From Sedimentisphaerales bacterium (GTDB lineage Bacteria > Planctomycetota > Phycisphaerae > Sedimentisphaerales > Anaerobacaceae), in the NCBI GenBank assembly GCA_963708075.1, contig OY970194.1, positions 6,816,001 through 6,880,000 on the forward strand: DNA of 64,000 nt. The letters run 5' to 3'. A program made the position numbers and the translations under genes. The notes below the pieces were generated by a model that was not told the origin of the DNA, ran no database searches, and saw only the letters and a program-made list of their open reading frames with translations. Below, in pieces: positions 61,330 through 64,000 of the stretch. Each line of letters opens with the position of its first letter. Position 1 is the first letter of the stretch.

Positions 61330-62606
61330 CGTCCTGGTACGATCTTTCCCATAACGACCGGCTCGCTCGCCCCCGTGACGCGGGGGAGGTTGTTGGGCAC
61401 GCCCCGGATCGTGGCGTACGCCAGAATCGCGAACGAGACGGCCTCTTTTGCATCCACATCGATTCCAAATTCATCCGTGGAACGGATTCTAACGCCTGCA
61501 AGAGCGGACTGCAACATTCGCACGAGCGTGGCGTTGTGGGCCCCGCCGCCGCACAGGATCATCTCGTCGGGCATCGCGGGCAGGAACCGGCGATAGGCCG
61601 ACGCGATGGTCGAAGCCGTGAACGCGGTCGCCGTCGCGACGATGTCCTCGGGCATGAGCCCCTTTCTGCGGGCCTTATCGTAGAGCCATTCGCAATACTG
61701 CTGCCCGAACTGCTCGCGACCCGTGGATTTCGGCGGCCGGCGCCGAAAGAACGGATGTCGCAGCATTTCCTTCAGGAGCCCCTCATCTGCCGTCCCTTTA
61801 GCCGCCATTGCGCCCCCGCGATCATAGCATCGCTTGCCTTTCGTGATCAGCCGCATCACGCCGTCGATCACCATATTCCCCGGGCCCGTATCAAATGCCA
61901 TCACATCGGCCGGATTCTGGGTGCCATGCCTACGCTCGCGTAGGCATGCCTTCCCATCGTCCTCGCGTATAGCATGTCCACGCAGGCGCGAACATGGCAC
62001 CCGGTCGGTGCCGCCATCCAGAAAGGGCAGGAAGGTCACGTTGGCGATGCCACCGATGTTCTGCACGGCCCGGACCAGCCGGCGGTCGCTGAACAGGATG
62101 TAATCGGCATAGGGCACGAGTGGGGCGCCCTCGCCGCCGGCGGCCATGTCGCGAGGCCGGAAGTCGGCAACGGTCGTGATGCCCGTCCGCTGCGCAATCA
62201 CGGATGGCTCGCCAATCTGGAGCGTGGACCGCACGACTCGCCCCGCGTACCGCCCGCCGTTGGGATTATGATAGATCGTCTGCCCGTGCGAGCCGATCAG
62301 ATCGATGGAATCCAGCGGAATGCCGCTCTCATCGCAGAGCCTGATGACCGCCTCCGCGAACACCTCGCCCAGCACATGATTATAGTGGCAGATGGCATCC
62401 AGCCTCGCCGACTCGGGCCGGCATAGCCGCAGAACCTCGCTCCGCAGCGCCGCCCGATACGGGTACGTATCGAACGCCACCACCCGGACCTGGCGCCCGC
62501 GAATATCGACAATTGCCGCATCGACCCCATCCGCCGACGTCCCCGACATCAGCCCCGCCACCCGCAGAGTCTTCTTCGCCCCAACCCTTGCCAAAGGCTC
62601 ATCCAT
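61326..62606 (-). CDS. anmK: Anhydro-N-acetylmuramic acid kinase with in-frame repeat insertion
   Basis: GLMSGTSADGVD, GSHGQT, DFR..DMAAGGEGAPLVP, NIGGIAN, FDTGPGN, PPKSTGRE, CGGGAHN, KEA..FA. Confidence 0.95.
   Translation of the reverse strand: MDEPLARVGAKKTLRVAGLMSGTSADGVDAAIVDIRGRQVRVVAFDTYPYRAALRSEVLRLCRPESARLDAICHYNHVLGEVFAEAVIRLCDESGIPLDSIDLIGSHGQTIYHNPNGGRYAGRVVRSTLQIGEPSVIAQRTGITTVADFRPRDMAAGGEGAPLVPYADYILFSDRRLVRAVQNIGGIANVTFLPFLDGGTDRVPCSRLRGHAIREDDGKACLRERRHGTQNPADVMAFDTGPGNMVIDGVMRLITKGKRCYDRGGAMAAKGTADEGLLKEMLRHPFFRRRPPKSTGREQFGQQYCEWLYDKARRKGLMPEDIVATATAFTASTIASAYRRFLPAMPDEMILCGGGAHNATLVRMLQSALAGVRIRSTDEFGIDVDAKEAVSFAILAYATIRGVPNNLPRVTGASEPVVMGKIVPGR
61919..62002. repeat. Family B palindromic element inside the anmK coding sequence (84 bp)
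   Basis: GGGTGCCATG-CCTACGCTCGCGTAGG-CATG ... CATG-TCCACGCAGGCGCGAA-CATGGCACCC. Confidence 0.85.
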
Positions 62607-62754
62607 ACCCACACGCCTCTTGCACACTGATCCATTCACCGAGCCATCTGATTATAGCCTTCCCACAGGCTGATCGCACATGAAATGCAGCGGCGACTCA
62701 TGCAGGGCCACAGAAACCACAGAGACCCCAACCCGGCCTTCGGCCGGAGACAAT

Positions 62755-62857
62755 TGCGTTTAGCGCTTTGTGGGTACCGGCGGGGAGACAATCAAACCAA
62801 GCGGCTGGTAGGGACAAGCCTGCCCTCCCCATCGGTACCCTAAATGCGAAAAACGCA
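62755..62857. other. Long imperfect hairpin upstream of anmK
   Basis: TGCGTTTT...GGGTACCGGCGGGGAG pairs with CTCCCCATCGGTACCC...AAAACGCA. Confidence 0.55.
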
Positions 62858-63001
62858 TCCAAGGTCAGGAGGCGGCCTCGTACGCGCTAGCGGAACGAGC
62901 CTTGCGCAATCACCAACACCATTCAGTGTCACGCCAAGATGTGTAGGACCACGAGGGCTGTGCCCACCTTTCATTCTGACGCGTCGTTATCCGCATCCCC
63001 G

Positions 63002-63325
63002 TCATTCACGTACATTTGTCGGATGTCCGGCGAAGTACTCGAACACGAGAAGAAACGTCCCAACCAAAGACAAGATGAGAAAGAGTACTTGATCGAGACG
63101 TTCGGGAGGAGAATGCCCATCAATCGTCTGAATCGACCACCCTAGGCGCCCAATGGCCGCGACCAGCAGAAACGCCGAGCCCACAAGGAAACATGCCCTT
63201 CTAGCCTTCCCTCTGCAGAGGGAAGGAGTTCGGATTTGTGCTTTTCGTGCCGTAATCCAGGCGATCAGGAAAATGACTCCAACCAACGCGATGGTCTTGA
63301 AATAGTTCAGGATCACCTCGGACAT
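63002..63325 (-). CDS. Small membrane protein (three predicted TM helices), unknown function
   Basis: RBS GAAGGAGA before ATG 63325; three hydrophobic segments. Confidence 0.6.
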   Translation of the reverse strand: MSEVILNYFKTIALVGVIFLIAWITARKAQIRTPSLCRGKARRACFLVGSAFLLVAAIGRLGWSIQTIDGHSPPERLDQVLFLILSLVGTFLLVFEYFAGHPTNVRE

Positions 63326-63410
63326 CGGATCTCCTTCCGCCCCTTGATCCCGCCACATAGTGTGCCGCACGAAGATCGCTTCGTCTCAGAAATGGTGTGC
63401 CAATCCTGCC

Positions 63411-63740
63411 TCATGCGGGGATGCCTTCGCGTTTGATGGTTCGGTATACGAGGAAGGTGCCGTCAGCGAAATCCGCCTCGGTGACGAAAAGGAATGTGAC
63501 GACGGTGTCGTATTCGAGGCTAAGGTCGGCAGCGAGTTGGCTGGTGCGCTCGTGCTCGGCGAAACGGCTGGGAATTTCGTCAAGCACGACGGCGATGTCG
63601 ACGTCGCTGTCGGCGGTCAACTGATCACGAGCGGCCGAACCGTAAAGGTACACGCCGCGCAGACGCTCGCTGTAGATCTCCTCCAGGCCATGGCGGACCC
63701 TGGCGGCGATTTCCATCGCCTCTTGCCGTGTTGTCACCAT
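63411..63740 (-). CDS. Minimal nucleotidyltransferase (MNT) domain protein
   Basis: LYGSAAR....DSDVDIAVV; C-terminal IKREGI. Confidence 0.88.
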   Translation of the reverse strand: MVTTRQEAMEIAARVRHGLEEIYSERLRGVYLYGSAARDQLTADSDVDIAVVLDEIPSRFAEHERTSQLAADLSLEYDTVVTFLFVTEADFADGTFLVYRTIKREGIPA

Positions 63741-64000
63741 TTCGGATTCCCAGTCAAATAGCCTTTACCTGGGCAAACCTATGATAGTCCTTTGTGAGGA
63801 TCGATGCAATGGCAAAGCTCAGCCTGTCCGTTCTGCGGTCAATCAAGTTGACAGTAAGAGCTCATATGGAAGGTGCTCCAGATCGCCGAGGCCCCGATGG
63901 CAGGCGGATGGCCTGTCTGTTGGCAGCCTGTGGGGAACGCATTTACAGAAGCGTGTCAAGGTGATATCAATACAGGTGGTTGATTCCGATTGAAGTGGTT

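Noticed and set aside
1..64000. Many long antisense or alternate-frame ORFs (e.g. 22530..24569 -, 9312..11003 -, 13264..14856 +, 38302..39912 -)
   Set aside because: Shadows of real genes in GC-rich DNA; no recognisable motifs.
63781..64000. ORF 63781..63993
   Set aside because: No motif, RBS or context support; cannot be judged at the window edge.

Overview
GC-rich bacterial window. Its gene families suggest Planctomycetota (Phycisphaerae/Sedimentisphaerales-like); this is inferred, not shown. From left to right it holds a 5'-truncated XylR-type regulator, an ebo-like operon (eboB-C-F-D-E, no eboA, eboE frameshifted and absent from the ORF track), and a large S8/FG-GAP secreted protein whose catalytic Asp reads Gly. 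tRNA-Thr(UGU) is then followed by a ~29 kb candidate decayed integrative island, 11460-40696, ending in a split copy of the tRNA 3' end. The island carries an ECF sigma/anti-sigma pair, two paralogous modular secreted proteins, and a divergent nine-gene fucose/galactose-type CAZyme operon. Three transcription units in it share an identically spaced motif, GG(T/G)(A/G)GAA-N14-GGATATT, a candidate ECF promoter. The right part holds a secreted peptidase/DAACS operon, a third modular secreted protein, a tandem double metallo-lactonase, two GH63-like hydrolases, an intact ISAs1 with a 10-bp target duplication, an orphan MAD3/MAD4-like ATPase pair (candidate defence module), and an anmK-murQ-SSS operon whose anmK carries an in-frame palindromic repeat. 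Many single-base frameshifts look like assembly errors. All family calls come from motif recognition by eye; no searches were run.
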